Made by a program: the position numbers and the translations under genes | In this document: piece by piece, positions 11,476 through 24,210 of the stretch | Layout: each line of letters opens with the position of its first letter | How positions within the stretch are numbered: position 1 is the first letter of the stretch | DNA from: Squalus acanthias | Lineage: Eukaryota | Length of the DNA stretch: 64,000 nt | Assembly (NCBI GenBank): GCA_030390025.1 | Contig: CM059443.1 | Coordinates: 48,608,001-48,672,000 of the forward strand | Direction of reading: 5' to 3' | Notes under the pieces: model-generated | Seen by the model: only the letters and a program-made list of their open reading frames with translations | Databases searched by the model: none | What the model was told of the DNA's origin: nothing

Positions 11476-12185
11476 GGGGACACTGCCAGTGAACTGGGGG
11501 AGGGGGACACTGCCAGTGAACGGGTGAGGGGACACTGCCAGTGAACTGGGGGAGGGGGACACTGCCAGTGAACTGGGGGAGGGGGACACTGCCAGTGAAC
11601 TGGGGGAGGGGGACACTGCCAGTGAACTGGGGGAGGGGGACACTGCCAGTGAACTGGGGGAGGGGGACACTGCCAGTGAACTGGGGGAGGGGGACACTGC
11701 CAGTGAACTGGGGGAGGGGGACACTGCCAGTGAACGGGTGAGGGGACACTGCCAGTGAACTGGGGGAGGGGGACACTGCCAGTGAACTGGGGGAGGGGGA
11801 CACTGCCAGTGAACTGGGGGAGGGGGACACTGCCAGTGAACTGGGGGAGGGGACACTGCCAGTGAACTGGGGAAAGGGGGACACTGCCAGTGAACTGGGG
11901 AAAGGGGGACACTGCCAGTGAACTGGGGAAAGGGGGACACTGCCAGTGAACTGGGGGAGGGGGACACTGCCAGTGAACGGGTGAGGGGACACTGCCAGTG
12001 AACTGGGGGAGGGGGACACTGCCAGTGAACTGGGGGAGGGGGACACTGCCAGTGAACTGGGGGAGGGGGACACTGCCAGTGAACTGGGGGAGGGGGACAC
12101 TGCCAGTGAACTGGGGGAGGGGGACACTGCCAGTGAACGGGTGAGGGGGAACACTGTCAGTGAACTGGGGGAGGGGGACACTGCC
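11476..12185. repeat. G-rich minisatellite (same 26-28 bp unit as 1256-6220), right part
   Basis: Same unit and variants (AACGGGTGAGG, GGGGAAAGGGGG) as the end of the left block. Confidence 0.97.
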
Positions 12186-12890
12186 ATTTGCCTTCCTAAT
12201 TGCTAGCTGTACCTGCATGCCGACGTTCTGTGTTTCTTGTACGAGGACACCTAAATCTCTGTGAACTCCCCAACATTTAATAGCTTCTCACCATTTAAAA
12301 AATATTCTGTTTGTTTTCTATTCTTCCTACCAAAGTGAATAACCTCAGATTATACTCCATCTGCCACCTTATTTAACCTGTGTATATCCCTTTGCAGCCT
12401 CTTTGTGTCCTGTTCACAGCTCACTGTCCCACCTAGCTTTGCATCGTCAGCAAACTTGGATACATTACACTCGGTCCCTTCATCTAGGTCATTAATATAG
12501 ATTGTGAATAGCTGAGGCCCAAGCACTGATCCTTGCGGTACCCACTAGTTACAGCCTGCCAACCCGAAAATGACTCATTTATCCCTACTCTCTCTTTTAT
12601 GTCCGTTAACCAATCCTCTATCCATGCTAATATATTACCCCCAATCCCATGAGCCCTTATCTTGTGTAGCAGCTTATCGAATGCCTTTTTGAAATTCAAA
12701 TATACTACATCCACTGGTTGCCCCTTATCTACCCTGCAAGTTACATCCTCAAAAAACTCTAATAAATTTGTTAAAACACGAGTTTCCCTTTCATAAAACC
12801 ATGTTGACTCTGCCTAATCATATTATGATTTTCTAAGTGCCCTGTTACCACGTCCTTAATAATGGATTCCAGCATCTCTCCCTCCTTTCT
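12184..12890 (-). mobile_element. Decayed CR1 RT fragment
   Basis: DVVYLNFKKAFDKL...[15 protein letters not shown]...VTSG, with deletions and frameshifts. Confidence 0.9.
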
Positions 12891-12953
12891 TGAATAGCAA
12901 TGTGCAAACAATTTTATTACCAGAAATACCAACCCATCTCCACAATCTGCAGA

Positions 12954-13130
12954 ATGAATGAACCAATTGCTGGAAGGGCTCCCAGATTCTCGGATGTGTC
13001 CCTGGAGGTCCTTTTGGCAGACGTCAGGGTCAGTTCAGTACGATTGTTGGGTTCTGAGGGCAGGAGGCCCTGATAGAGAGTGGTGTGGGCTGTCTGGAGA
13101 GAGATGGCAGAGGCAGTGACCATCCTAACA
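12954..13130 (+). mobile_element. Degenerate PIF/Harbinger Myb/SANT-like ORF remnant
   Basis: Hand translation gives MNEPIAGRAPRFSDVSLEVLLADVR...RRP* followed by VWAVWREMAEAVT, resembling the PRFS-x3-LE-x-L...W-x-E-x-A pattern of Harbinger DNA-binding proteins. Confidence 0.55.
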
Positions 13131-13710
13131 TTGTCTTCTCTCCCGCCAAAGGCAAAGGTGGCCTCCAATCAGGGGCAATGGAATCCAAGTTGGGGAGGAG
13201 CAGCGTGGAGAACGCAGAGTGCATGGGAAGAGGTGTTGCCTGTCCTGGGTAGTGGGACCTGTGGATGAGGGCAAGCTGGAGGTGAGGGGGGAAATGCTCA
13301 TCATACCTGGTCTTGGTCACAGCTTTACTCGGCTTCTCGAAGCACGACAACACTCTCACACTCAGCAACTATCTCTTTACGGGGAACATGACTGTGTTCC
13401 CAGGGACACAAGCTCTTCTGTGCTTCACGTGGCAGGAGGTGCCTTACAGGAGGAGACTGATCACGAGGATGACCACCCTGGCCCCCAGGATGACCACTCT
13501 GGCCCTTGCACTGGGAAGCTGCTGCCAGAATCACAGCCTCATCTCACCAACAGGGTCGCGGCGTCTTCCTGGCACAGGCGTCCGCACAGAGGCACCCGCT
13601 CACGAGGAACTAGTCAGTCAGACGGGCTGCCGCTGGGTGCAGCACTCAGCTCGAGCGGAAATGAGGACCTGCGCATGGGAGAGTCATCCTCCATGGAGAG
13701 GGTGAAGTGG

Positions 13711-16700
13711 CTGACCCCCGATCACCGACACCACCATCCAATCACTGACCCCCAATCACCGAACCCGGCATCCAATCACTGACCCCCGATCACCGACCCC
13801 ACCATCCAATCACTGACCCCCGATCACCGACCCCACCATCCAATCACTGACCCCCGATCACCGACACCACCATCCAATCACTGACCCCCGATCACCGACA
13901 CAACCATCCAATCACTGACCCCCGATCACCGACACCACCATCCAATCACTGACCCCCGATCACCGACACCACCATCCAATCACTGACCCCCGATCACCGA
14001 CACCACCATCCAATCACTGACCCCCGATCACTGACCCCGGCATCCAATCACTGACCCCCGACCACCGACCCCACCATCCAATCACTGACCCCCAATCACT
14101 GACCTCAACATCCAATCACTGACCCCCAGTTACCGACCCCGACATCCAATCACTGACCCCCAATCACCAATCCCGCCATCCAATCACTGACCCCGATCAC
14201 CGACCCCACCATCCAATCACTGACCCCCAATCACCGACCTCGACATCCAATCACTGACCCCCGATCACTGACCCCGCCATCCAATCACTGACCCTGATCA
14301 TCCCGCCCCGACATCCAATCACTGACCCCCGATCACCGACCCCGCCATCCAATCACTGCCCCGATCACCTGCCCCGACATCCAATCACTGACCCCCAATC
14401 ACTGACCCCAACATCCAATCACTGACCCCGATCACCAGCCCCGACATCCAATCACTGACCCCGATCACCGACCTCGACATCCAATCACTGACCCCCGATC
14501 ACCGACCCCGCCATCCAATCACTGACCCCGATCACCTGCCCCGACATCCAATCACTGACCCCCAATCACTGACCCCAAAATCCAATCACTGACCCCGATC
14601 ACCGACCCCGACATCCAATCACTGACCCCGACATCCAATCACTGATCCCGATCACTGACCCCGATCACCGACCCCAACATCCAATCACTGACCCCGATCA
14701 CCGACCCCAACATCCAATCACTGACCCCCGACCCCGACATCCGATCACTGACCCCGATCACCGACCCCGAAATCCAATCACTGACCCCCGACCCCGACAT
14801 CCAATCACTGACCCCCGACCCCGACATCCAATCACTGACCCCCGACCCCGACATCCAATCACTGACCCCCAATCAACGACCTCGACATCCAATCACTGAC
14901 CCCCGACCACCGACCCCGACATCCAATCACTGACCCCCGACCACCGACCCCGACATCCAATCACTGACCCCCAATCACCGACCCCGGCATCCAATCACTG
15001 ACCCCCGATCAACGACCTCGACATCCAATCACTGACCCCCGACCACCGACCCCGACATCCAATCACTGACCCCGGCATCCAATCACTGACCCCCAATCAC
15101 CGACCCCGCCATCCAATCACTGACCCCCAATCACCGACCCCGACATCCAATCACCGACCCCGCCATCCAATCACTGACCCCCAATCACTGACCTCGCCAT
15201 CCAATCACTGACCCCGATCACCGACCCCGACATCCAATCACTGACCCCCGATCACCGACCCCGCCATCCAATCACCGACCCCGACATCCAATCACTGATG
15301 CCCAATCACCGACCCCGACATCCAATCACTGACCCCCGATCACCAACCCCGACATCCAATCACTGACCCCGACATCCAATCACTGACCCCGATCACCGAC
15401 CCCGGCATCTAATCACTGACCCCCAATCACTGACCTCGACATCCAATCACTGACCCCCAATCACCGACCCCGGCATCTAATCACTGACCCCCAATCACTG
15501 ACCTCGACATCCAATCACTGACCCCCAATCACCAACTCCGACATCCAATCACTGACCCCGACATCCAATCACTGACCCCGATCACCGACCCCGGCATCTA
15601 ATCACTGACCCCCAATCACCGACCCCGACATCCAATCACTGACCCCAATCACCGACCCCGGCATCTATTCACTGACCCCCAATCACCAACCCCGACATCC
15701 AATCACTGACCCCGATCACCGACCCCGGCATCTAATCACTGACCCCCAATCACTGACCTCGACATCCAATCACTGACCCCGATCACCGACCCCGGCATCT
15801 AATCACTGACCCCCAATCACCGACCCCGACATCCAATCACTGACCCCGATCACCGACCCCGGCATCTAATCACTGACCCCCAATCACTGACCTCGACATC
15901 CAATCACTGACCCCGATCACCGACCCCGGCATCTAATCACTGACCCCCAATCACTGACCTCGACATCCAATCACTGACCCCGATCACTGACCCCGACATC
16001 CAATCACTGACCCCGACATCCAATCACTGACCCCCAATCACTGACCCCGGCATCCAATCACTGACCGCCAATCACTGACCCCGGCATCCAATCACTGACC
16101 CCCAATCACTGACCCCGACATCCAATCACTGGCCCCCAATCACTGACCCCGACATCCAATCACTGACCTCGACATCCAATCACTGACCCCGATCACCGAC
16201 CCCACCATCCAATCACCGACCCCACCATCCAATCACTGACCCCGACATCCAATCACTGACCTCGACATCCAATCACTGACCCCAATCACCGACCCCACCA
16301 TCCAATCACCGACCCCACCATCCAATCACCGACCCCACCATCCAATCACCGACCCCACCATCCAATCACTGACCCCGACATCCAATCACTGACCCCCAGT
16401 CACTGACCCCGGCATCCAATCACTGACCCCCGATCACCAACCCCGACATCCAATCACTGGCCCCCAATCACCGACCCCGACATCCAATCACTGACCCCGA
16501 CATCCAATCACTGACCCCCTGTCACTGACCCCGACATCCAATCACTGACCCCCGATCACCGACCCCGACATCCAATCACTGACCCCCGATCACCGACCCC
16601 GACATCCAATCACTGACCCCGATCACCGACCCCAGCATCCAATCACTGACCCCCGATCACCGACCCCGACATCCAATCACTAACCCCCAATCACTGACCC

Positions 16701-16727
16701 CAACATCCAATCACTGACCCCGATCAC
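13711..16727. repeat. C-rich minisatellite, about 34-bp unit CCAATCACTGACCCCCGATCACCGACCCCGACAT built from 14- and 20-bp subunits
   Basis: CCAAT spacing of 34 bp at 13806, 13840, 13874 and 13908. Subunits are reshuffled further right. Confidence 0.96.
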
Positions 16728-16904
16728 ATCGGCCTCCTTTATCTGGATGCCCTGTCCCACACCCCCTCCCTCCACGCCCTTCATCAACTTCCGGAAGCAG
16801 TAAACCTTTCTTAATTTCATATGATGTGGATTGCAGCAATCTACAATGGTGCTGGAGAGTTGCTGTGTTGTAAAAATTCCACCAGATTTATCCAACGAAG
16901 TATT

Positions 16905-17046
16905 TGCATCTCTACAGCACCTTTCACGACCTCAGGATGTCCTAAAGCGCTTTACAGCCAATGAAGTATTTTTGAAGTGTAGTCACTGTTGTAATATAGG
17001 AGACGTGACAGCCAATTTGCGCACAGCAAGCTCCCACAAACAGCAA
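16905..17046 (-). mobile_element. Deu-domain SINE (SacSINE1-like) 3' part
   Basis: Recognised tail: AAAGCGCTTTACAGCCAATGAAGTA...GCAGCCAATTTGCGCACAGCAAGCTCCCACAAACAGCAA-like. Confidence 0.65.
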
Positions 17047-17259
17047 GATGCACAGCAGCAACTCGCCAAGGCTTTTTCGACACCACCTCCCAAACCCACG
17101 ACCTCTACCACCTAGAAGGACATGGTAACACCACCACCTCCAAGTTCCACACCATCCTGACTTAGAAATGTATCGCAAGACACCGGGGAAAGGCCCTGAT
17201 CACTATTCAACCATCCTGCTTCACGGCTTTGATTCACGAGGACTGGTGTGGTGGACCAT

Positions 17260-17570
17260 TGAAGTAATCGTCCCTGGATTTTTTTTGTTCCCATCTGAAG
17301 CACTTTGCATTTCTCTACATTCAAATATATTCAAAACCTCCTGTAGCTTATCCTGTTCAGCTTTGGAGTCTACCACTTCCATCAGCTTTGTAGTGTATGC
17401 AAATTTAGCCACTGTGCTTGTGACTTTGAGTTCCAGATCATTTATAAAGCTATTAAACAAAAGAGGTCCCAAAACAGATCCCTGTGGGGCCCCGCTGGTA
17501 ACTTTCACCCAGGGTGATGTCAGTCCCTGTACAACTACCCTCCGGGTTCTATCGGGCAACCAATTATGTC
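17260..17570 (-). mobile_element. Old CR1-type RT fragment
   Basis: RVVVQG...VTSGAPQGSVLGPLLFNSFINDL...KFAY. Confidence 0.8.
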
Positions 17571-17644
17571 CCCTTTTAAAATAGTTTCAGAACTGGATAA
17601 GGATATAAGCAGCAGAGGGGCTGAGATAGGGCCAGAGGGGCAGT

Positions 17645-18075
17645 TTCTTAAAATTCATTCATGGGATGTGGGCGTCGCTGGCAAGGCTAGCATTTATTGC
17701 CCATCCCTAATTGCCCTCGAGAAGGTGGTGGTGACCCGCTGCAGTCCGTGAGGTGAAGGTAATCCCACAATGCTTTTAGGGAGGGGGGTTCCAGGATTTT
17801 GACCCAGCGACGATGAAGGATCGGCGATACATTTCTAAGTCAGGATGGTGTGTGACTTGGAGGGGAACTTGGAAGTGGTGGTGTTACCATGTCCTTCTAG
17901 GTGGTAGAGGTCGTGGGTTTGGGAGGTGGTGTCGAAGAAGCCTTGGCGAGTTGCTGCTGTGCATCTTATAGATGGTCCACACTGCAGCCACGGTACGCCT
18001 GTGGTGGAGGGAATGAATGTTTAAGGTGGTGGATGGGATGCCAATCAAGCGGGCTGCTTTGTCCTGGACGGTGTC
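17645..18075 (-). mobile_element. CR1/L2-clade LINE family B, 3' fragment
   Basis: The end ATTCATTCATGGGATGTGGGCGTC...CATTTATTGCCCATCCCTAATTGCCC is shared with the copy at 56360. Confidence 0.8.
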
Positions 18076-18086
18076 GCACTTCTATA

Positions 18087-18326
18087 GGGTACGGTAGCAT
18101 AGTGGTAATGTTACTGGACTCGTAATCCAGAGGCCTACACTAATGATCCGGAGATATGAGTTCAAATCCCACCAAATCTGGAATAAAAGCAGCTAGTATT
18201 GACGACCATTGTCGTAAAAATCCATCTGGTTCACTAATGTCCTTTAGGGAAGGAAATCTGCCATCCTTATCCGGTCTGGCCTATATGTGACTCCAGACCA
18301 CAATGTGGTTGACTCTTAACTGCCCT
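18087..18326 (+). mobile_element. tRNA-derived SINE
   Basis: A-box-like GGTAGCATAGTGG and B-box GAGTTCAAATCCC, followed by a recognisable shark SINE body. Confidence 0.7.
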
Positions 18327-18914
18327 GTGTTGGGAGAGCTGACCCAAAGACTAGTCACAAAAATCACACTCACAAAATCATACCTTTCAGCCAACGTCCC
18401 ACCGGCAGGACAGACCCACCAGAGGTGGCGGCCCTGGGACTCCTCAACAGTGACTCCGGACCCCAAGAAGTTTCATGGCATCAGGTCAAATATGGGCAAA
18501 GAAACCAGCCGCCGCGGTGAGGAGCTGAGTTGGGGCGGGTGGAAGTTAGCAGTCCCAGTGATGGGAGGAATGTGGTCTTTGAAGGTCAGCTCCGGGTTGA
18601 GTAAATAACCCACTACCAGGAATAAATGGGGATTGCAAAGCACTCACCCGCCCAGATCACCCGCTCGTTTTAACTGAAATCTTTTCACACGACTATTGAA
18701 ACCCCGTCATTCATTTTATATAACCTGCCTACTGCACTGAAATGAGGAATGAGAGTTCACTTCCTGGGATGGTGTGTAAGCATTGGATGAAGGAACCTCT
18801 TACTAAGGCTGTGTATCTGATTTACTGGGAGGCCCCACTCTGCATTGACCTTCAGTTTCAACGAGTGCTCCAGCATCGGTAACGAGGGACACAAAAAACA
18901 CAACAGAATGGCCT

Positions 18915-18939
18915 TTTCCCCCAAGTTATGGCTTTTATT
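18915..18939 (-). terminator. Probable ICE2 polyadenylation signal
   Basis: AATAAA on the minus strand (18934-18939), followed by GU/U-rich TTCTGTTGTGTTTTTTGTGT, about 720 nt after the ICE2 stop. Confidence 0.6.
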
Positions 18940-19662
18940 AAAAATAGATGAACAAATGTATTAAATAGGAGCTGAGCAGCCCCTGCTTTGCAGTGTCGAT
19001 GTAATAACATGTAAATTCGGGATGTGCAGTAACTTGAAAGAAGCCTTGTTTCTGAAGCGAGTCCAGAGGCTGCACCCTGAATGACCAGCGACTGAGTCAT
19101 GCTCAGAACTCGGGCATTACAACCACATCTCAAAATGAATCATTTTTAAACTGAACAGCATTTCGCAAAAGGAGATACTTCTGGGATGACTTATATTGTG
19201 TCCCATTCAAGGAGGAAAAAGTCAAACCTTTCGAGGGCGACAAGCACTTTGAACTTTTAGTTTTGTGTGGAAGAGAAACAGCGCAATCCTCATTGAAGCG
19301 GTGTCCAAACTCTCTAATTGGCTTGGCGTATATAAAGTGCCAGCCCCTTCGAAGCAGCTGCCAGAACAGACACAAGGCTGTGTTTGGAAATCGGAGTTTG
19401 TTTCTCCCAAGGATAAGGAGAATCTGTGGCCAAAATGTGTGCTGCACGTTCACAGCAGGGCCTTGATGTGTCGGTGCTGCCACTGCTCAAAGATTGGCCC
19501 TCTGACAATGCCCTCCGATTACGGTCTTTCCAGCGGAAGGCCGAGCTAGGCTTGGCCTCTGCCACATGCCTTTGAAAACGGGAAGGGCCGTGGGCTGCCT
19601 TTCCCCACTGCGAGGGCAGGGTGATTAACAAACAGCCCTGGCACCGACTCGCGCCCCCGCAC

Positions 19663-19869
19663 TCACTGCCCCTGTGCACATTGTGCCTTCCGCAGTTTCT
19701 GCTTCTCTTTCCACCTCTTTAGTCGACTCGCTCGCTTTCCTTTATTCTTTTTCTTTGGTGCCACCCCTTTGGTTGCACTGTGCTGGGCTGGTGGGGGACG
19801 GCTCCTCGTTTCCATGGTAACCGCCCTTCCTCGGGCAGGAATGCCTCGGTTTGCTTTGGCCACGCCCAC
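19663..19869 (-). CDS. ICE2: ICE2 (little elongation complex subunit 2, NARG2) last coding exon
   Basis: Phase-0 acceptor TTTTACATTTCCAG|GTG. VGVAKANRGIPARGRAVTMETRSRPPPAQHSATKGVAPKKK aligns with the recalled human C-terminus (VSMETKSSCLPAQQVETEGVAPHKRK). 207 nt including TGA. Confidence 0.88.
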   Translation of the reverse strand: MGVAKANRGIPARGRAVTMETRSRPPPAQHSATKGVAPKKKNKGKRASRLKRWKEKQKLRKAQCAQGQ

Positions 19870-20379
19870 CTGGAAATGTAAAACCAGACGGAATTTGATG
19901 CGACTCATTATCACAACCCAGGGCGCAGTTCTTGCAGAATACTGCGTTGTTTTAAACAATCATAGACAGGCCTTCGCTCCCCTTTCAGTCAGTCTAACAC
20001 GGAGAGCGGTCAACTTTTATTCCAGGACATATTTAACTACTTCAGGCTCCTGGAGATCACAAAAATGTAACTGTGTGTGTGTCACGCATGAAAGTTCCAA
20101 TGCACAGCAACTGAAAGGCCCCACATGTGCCGTCTGCGTGTAGGCAGGCGTGCCATTTATGACATGGACGGTCAGGGCTACAGCGGGGGCGTCTAACAGT
20201 CACGTGTCACGAGTGACAGAATTGCTGAGACATGAAGGGGGGGGGTGCCAGAGCAAAGCACAATCTCACAACTCACTTTCCCGTTCTGTAATTGCAATTT
20301 TCCGGCAATCAATCAGCCGTTCTCCCGGTACAGAGAGCACGTGCAGCATCAGAGTTTACAATTCCCTCTCCTGATTATT

Positions 20380-20730
20380 AACAACTTGCCTTTATAAAGC
20401 GCCTTTAATGCAGTAAAGAGTCCCAGGGCGCTTCACAGGAGCGTAATCAGACAGATTTGACACCGAGCCACATAAGGAGATATTAGGGACAGATGACCTA
20501 AAGCTTGGTCAAAGAGGCGGAGAGGTTTAGGGAGGGAATTCTCCAGCTTAGGGCCCAGACAGCTGAAGACACGGCCACCAATGGTGGAGCGATGAAAATC
20601 GGGGATGCTCTAGAGGCCAGAATTGGAGGAGCGCAGAGATCTCGGAGGGTTGTAGGAGATTAGAGAGATAGGGAGGGGCGAGGCCATGGAGGGATTTGAA
20701 AACAAGGATGAGAATTTTGAAACTGAGGCT
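20380..20730 (-). mobile_element. L2-type LINE 3' fragment
   Basis: ACAACTTGC..TTTATA.AGCGCCTTT end, complementary to the plus-strand copy at 33590-33845. Confidence 0.65.
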
Positions 20731-22005
20731 CTGAGGACTCGGTTTTTAAACAGTTGACCCAAACTCCACCCGGGATATTTCTGCATCATCGATTTCACAC
20801 CTCCAACAGCACAACACAAGCCAGTACAGTCTCAGAATGCACAACTCTCTGCCACAGCTCGTGGCTGAAACAGAGCCCATACATTCTTTTAAAGGGGGAT
20901 TAGGGAGTTGCTTGAAACAGGAATATTAAAGGATGCGGGGGGGAGGGGGGGTGCAGCATTTACAATGGCAAACGTTAACACAAAAGCATGACCAGAGATG
21001 GTGCTGAAAGGAAGTGCACACGCTGCCCAGTTTCCAGCACATACCATTTGCAATAATGTATGGACGTTTGTTCCAATTATTAATGGGGTTTGGTGACTGC
21101 AAAATGATGTAGAGAGAGCTTTAAACGCACTATAGATACTTAGAACATCTGCTTTAATGGAACAACCGACTCCTGCAATACATTTGTACGCAAGGCATTG
21201 GGACTGGTGGGAGAGTGGATTCAGACTGGGTCGGTGGACAATCCTGGAGCAGGCGGGATGGATCGAATGGCCTGTTTCTGTACTGGAACAGTCTAGGATT
21301 CAATGCGTGCTGAGTGGGAAGGAGTAAGCACAGCTCCAAACACTAATAGTACAGGGCTCGCACTGCCACAGGGATTGATTAGGCAGTTTGCAGGCACCAA
21401 AACAACAAAGGGACTAATTAATCCCAAAGGCTTTGAAAGTAATGTGAAGTCACTGCCGACTAGTTAAGAGTTAAAATCTTTTTGGTTCTCTTCATAGTTT
21501 CCACTCTGACTCACAAAACCAATACATCTTCGGTATGAGTGAGTTTGACAATGCAACAATTGCATTCATGTTTTACTACAACACAAAGCTGTTATAGTAA
21601 CCGTCTTAAAACGGAAATCCGAAATCAAAGCAGAAAATAATGGAAATGCACAGAAGGCCAGAGAGATCTGAAAAGGACAAAGCAGGCTTACGAGCGGCCT
21701 ACCTCCAACCACACTCCACCTCCTGCCTCAGACCAACCTCAGCACCTCTCCTGCCCCCAGCAAAGGATTCTCCCTCACATCTCGTCCGTCACCAACACTT
21801 GCTTCTTTAATCACCAGCCCCGAGCCCTGCCGATAGCCCAATCCATACTTTGACCCTGACTGCTAGACATCTCCTGTCCTCTCGCTACGTCAGCCATCAG
21901 TAAACTATCGGCCACCCAGAATACGCCTGCCTCACTGAGGGTCACATCCTCATCATTCCATCGCCACAGAACCAAACTCCAAGATTCTGGTCATTGCCTT
22001 TGAAA

Positions 22006-24210
22006 CCCTCCACGGCCCCTCGCCCCTCCCTCCGCGGCCCCTCGCCCCTCCCTCCGCGGCCCCTCGCCCCTCCCTCCGCGGCCCCATGCCCCTCCCTCCG
22101 CGGCCCCTCGCCCCTCCCTCCGCGGCCCCTCGCCCCCCTCCCTCCGCGGCCCCTCGCCCCCTCCCTCCGCGGCCACTCGCCCCCTCCCTCCGCAACCCCT
22201 CGCCCCTCCTTCCACGGCCCCTCGCCCCCTCCCTCCACGGCCCCTCGCCCCCTCCCTCCACGGCCCCTCGCCCCTCCCTTCCACGGCCCCTCGCCCCCTC
22301 CCTCCACGGCCCCTCGCCCCCTCCCTCCACGGCCCCTCGCCCCTCCTCCACGGCCCCTCGCCCCCTCCCTCCACGGCCCCTCGCCCCCTCCCTCCACGGC
22401 CCCTCCCTCCACAACCGCTCGCCCCCTCCCTCCACAACCCCTCGCCCCCTCCCTCCACAGCCCGACCCTGTTCCTCCACAGACCGACCTGTCCCTCCACA
22501 GCCCCTCACCCCTCCCTCCACAGCCCCTCACCCCTCCCTCCACAGCCCCTCACCCCTCCCTCCACAGCCCCTCACCCTGTCCCTCCACAGCCCCTCACCC
22601 TGTCCCTCCACAGCCCCTAACCCTGTCCCTCCACAGCCCTTAACCCTGTCCCTCCACAGCCCCTCACCCTGTCCCTCCACAGCCCCTCACCCTGTCCCTC
22701 CACAGCCCCTAACCCCTCCCTCCACAGCCCCTAACCCTGTCCCTCCACAGCCCCTCACCCTGTCCCTCCACAGCCCCTCACCCCTCCCTCCACAGCCCCT
22801 CACCCCTCCCTCCACAGCCCCTAACCCTGTCCCTCCACAGCCCCTAACCCTGTCCCTCCACAGCCCCTCACCCTGTCACTCCACAGCCCCTCACCCTGTC
22901 CCTCCACAGCCCCTCACCCTGTCCCTCCACAGCCCCTCACCCTGTCCCTCCACAGCCCCTAACCCTGTCCCTCCACAGCCCCTAACCCTGTCCCTCCACA
23001 GCCCCTAACCCTGTCCCTCCACAGCCCCTAACCCTGTCCTCCACAGCCCCGAACCCTGTCCCTCCACAGCCCCTAACCCTGTCCCTCCACAGCCCCTAAC
23101 CCTGTCCCTCCACAGCCCCTAACCCTGTCCCTCCACAGCCCCTAACCCTGTCCCTCCACAGCCCCTCACCCTGTCCCTCCACAACCCCTCGCCCCTCCCT
23201 CCACAACCCCTCGCCCCTCCCTCCACAGCCCCTCGCCCCTCCCTCCACAGCCCCTCGCCCCTCCCTCCACAGCCCCTCACCCTGTCCCTCCACAGCCCCT
23301 CACCCTGTCCCTCCACAGCCCCTAACCCTGTCCCTCCACAGCCCCTAACCCTGTCCCTCCACAGCCCCTAACCCTGTCCCTCCACAGCCCCTAACCCTGT
23401 CCCTCCACAGCCCCTAACCCTGTCCCTCCACAGCCCCTAACCCTGTCCCTCCACAGCCCCTCGCCCCTCCCTCCACAGCCCCTCGCCCCTCCCTCCACAG
23501 CCCCTCACCCTGTCCCTCCACAGCCCCTCACCCTGTCCCTCCACAGCCCCTCACCCTGTCCCTCCACAGCCCCTAACCCTGTCCCTCCACAGCCCCTAAC
23601 CCTGTCCCTCCCCAGCCCCTAACCCTGTCCCTCCACAGCCCCTAACCCTGTCCCTCCACAGCCCCTAACCCTGTCCCTCCACAGCCCCTAACCCTGTCCC
23701 TCCACAGCCCCTAACCCTGTCCCTCCACAGCCCCTAACCCTGTCCCTCCACAGCCCCTAACCCTGTCCCTCCACAGCCCCTAACCCTGTCCCTCCACAGC
23801 CCCTAACCCTGTCCCTCCACAACCCCTCGCCCCTCCCTCCACAACCCCTCGCCCCTCCCTCCACAGCCCCTCGCCCCTCCCTCCACAGCCCCTCGCCCCT
23901 CCCTCCACAGCCCCTCGCCCCTCCCTCCACAGCCCCTCGCCCCTCCCTCCACAGCCCCTCGCCCCTCCCTCCACAGCCCCTCACCCCTCCCTCCACAGCC
24001 CCTCACCCCTCCCTCCACACCCCTCGACCCTGTCCCTCCGCAACCCTGACCCTGTCCCTCCGCAACCCTGACCCTGTCCCTCCACAACCCTGACCCTGTC
24101 CCTCCACAACCCTGACCCTGTCCCTCCACAACCCCTCCATCCAAAGTCCCTCGCCCCTCCCTCCACAACCCCTCACCCCTCCATCCAAAGTCCCTCGCCC
24201 CTCCCTCCAA
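22006..24210. repeat. C-rich minisatellite, 22/23-bp unit CCCTCCACAGCCCCTAACCCTGT and variants, in the last ICE2 intron
   Basis: Directly visible. Variants CCCTCG, CCCTCA, CCCTAA and CCCTGA occur in blocks. Confidence 0.96.

Noticed and set aside
21605-21690. Possible Penelope terminal remnant
   Set aside because: Too degenerate to support; no hammerhead core or TSD was seen.
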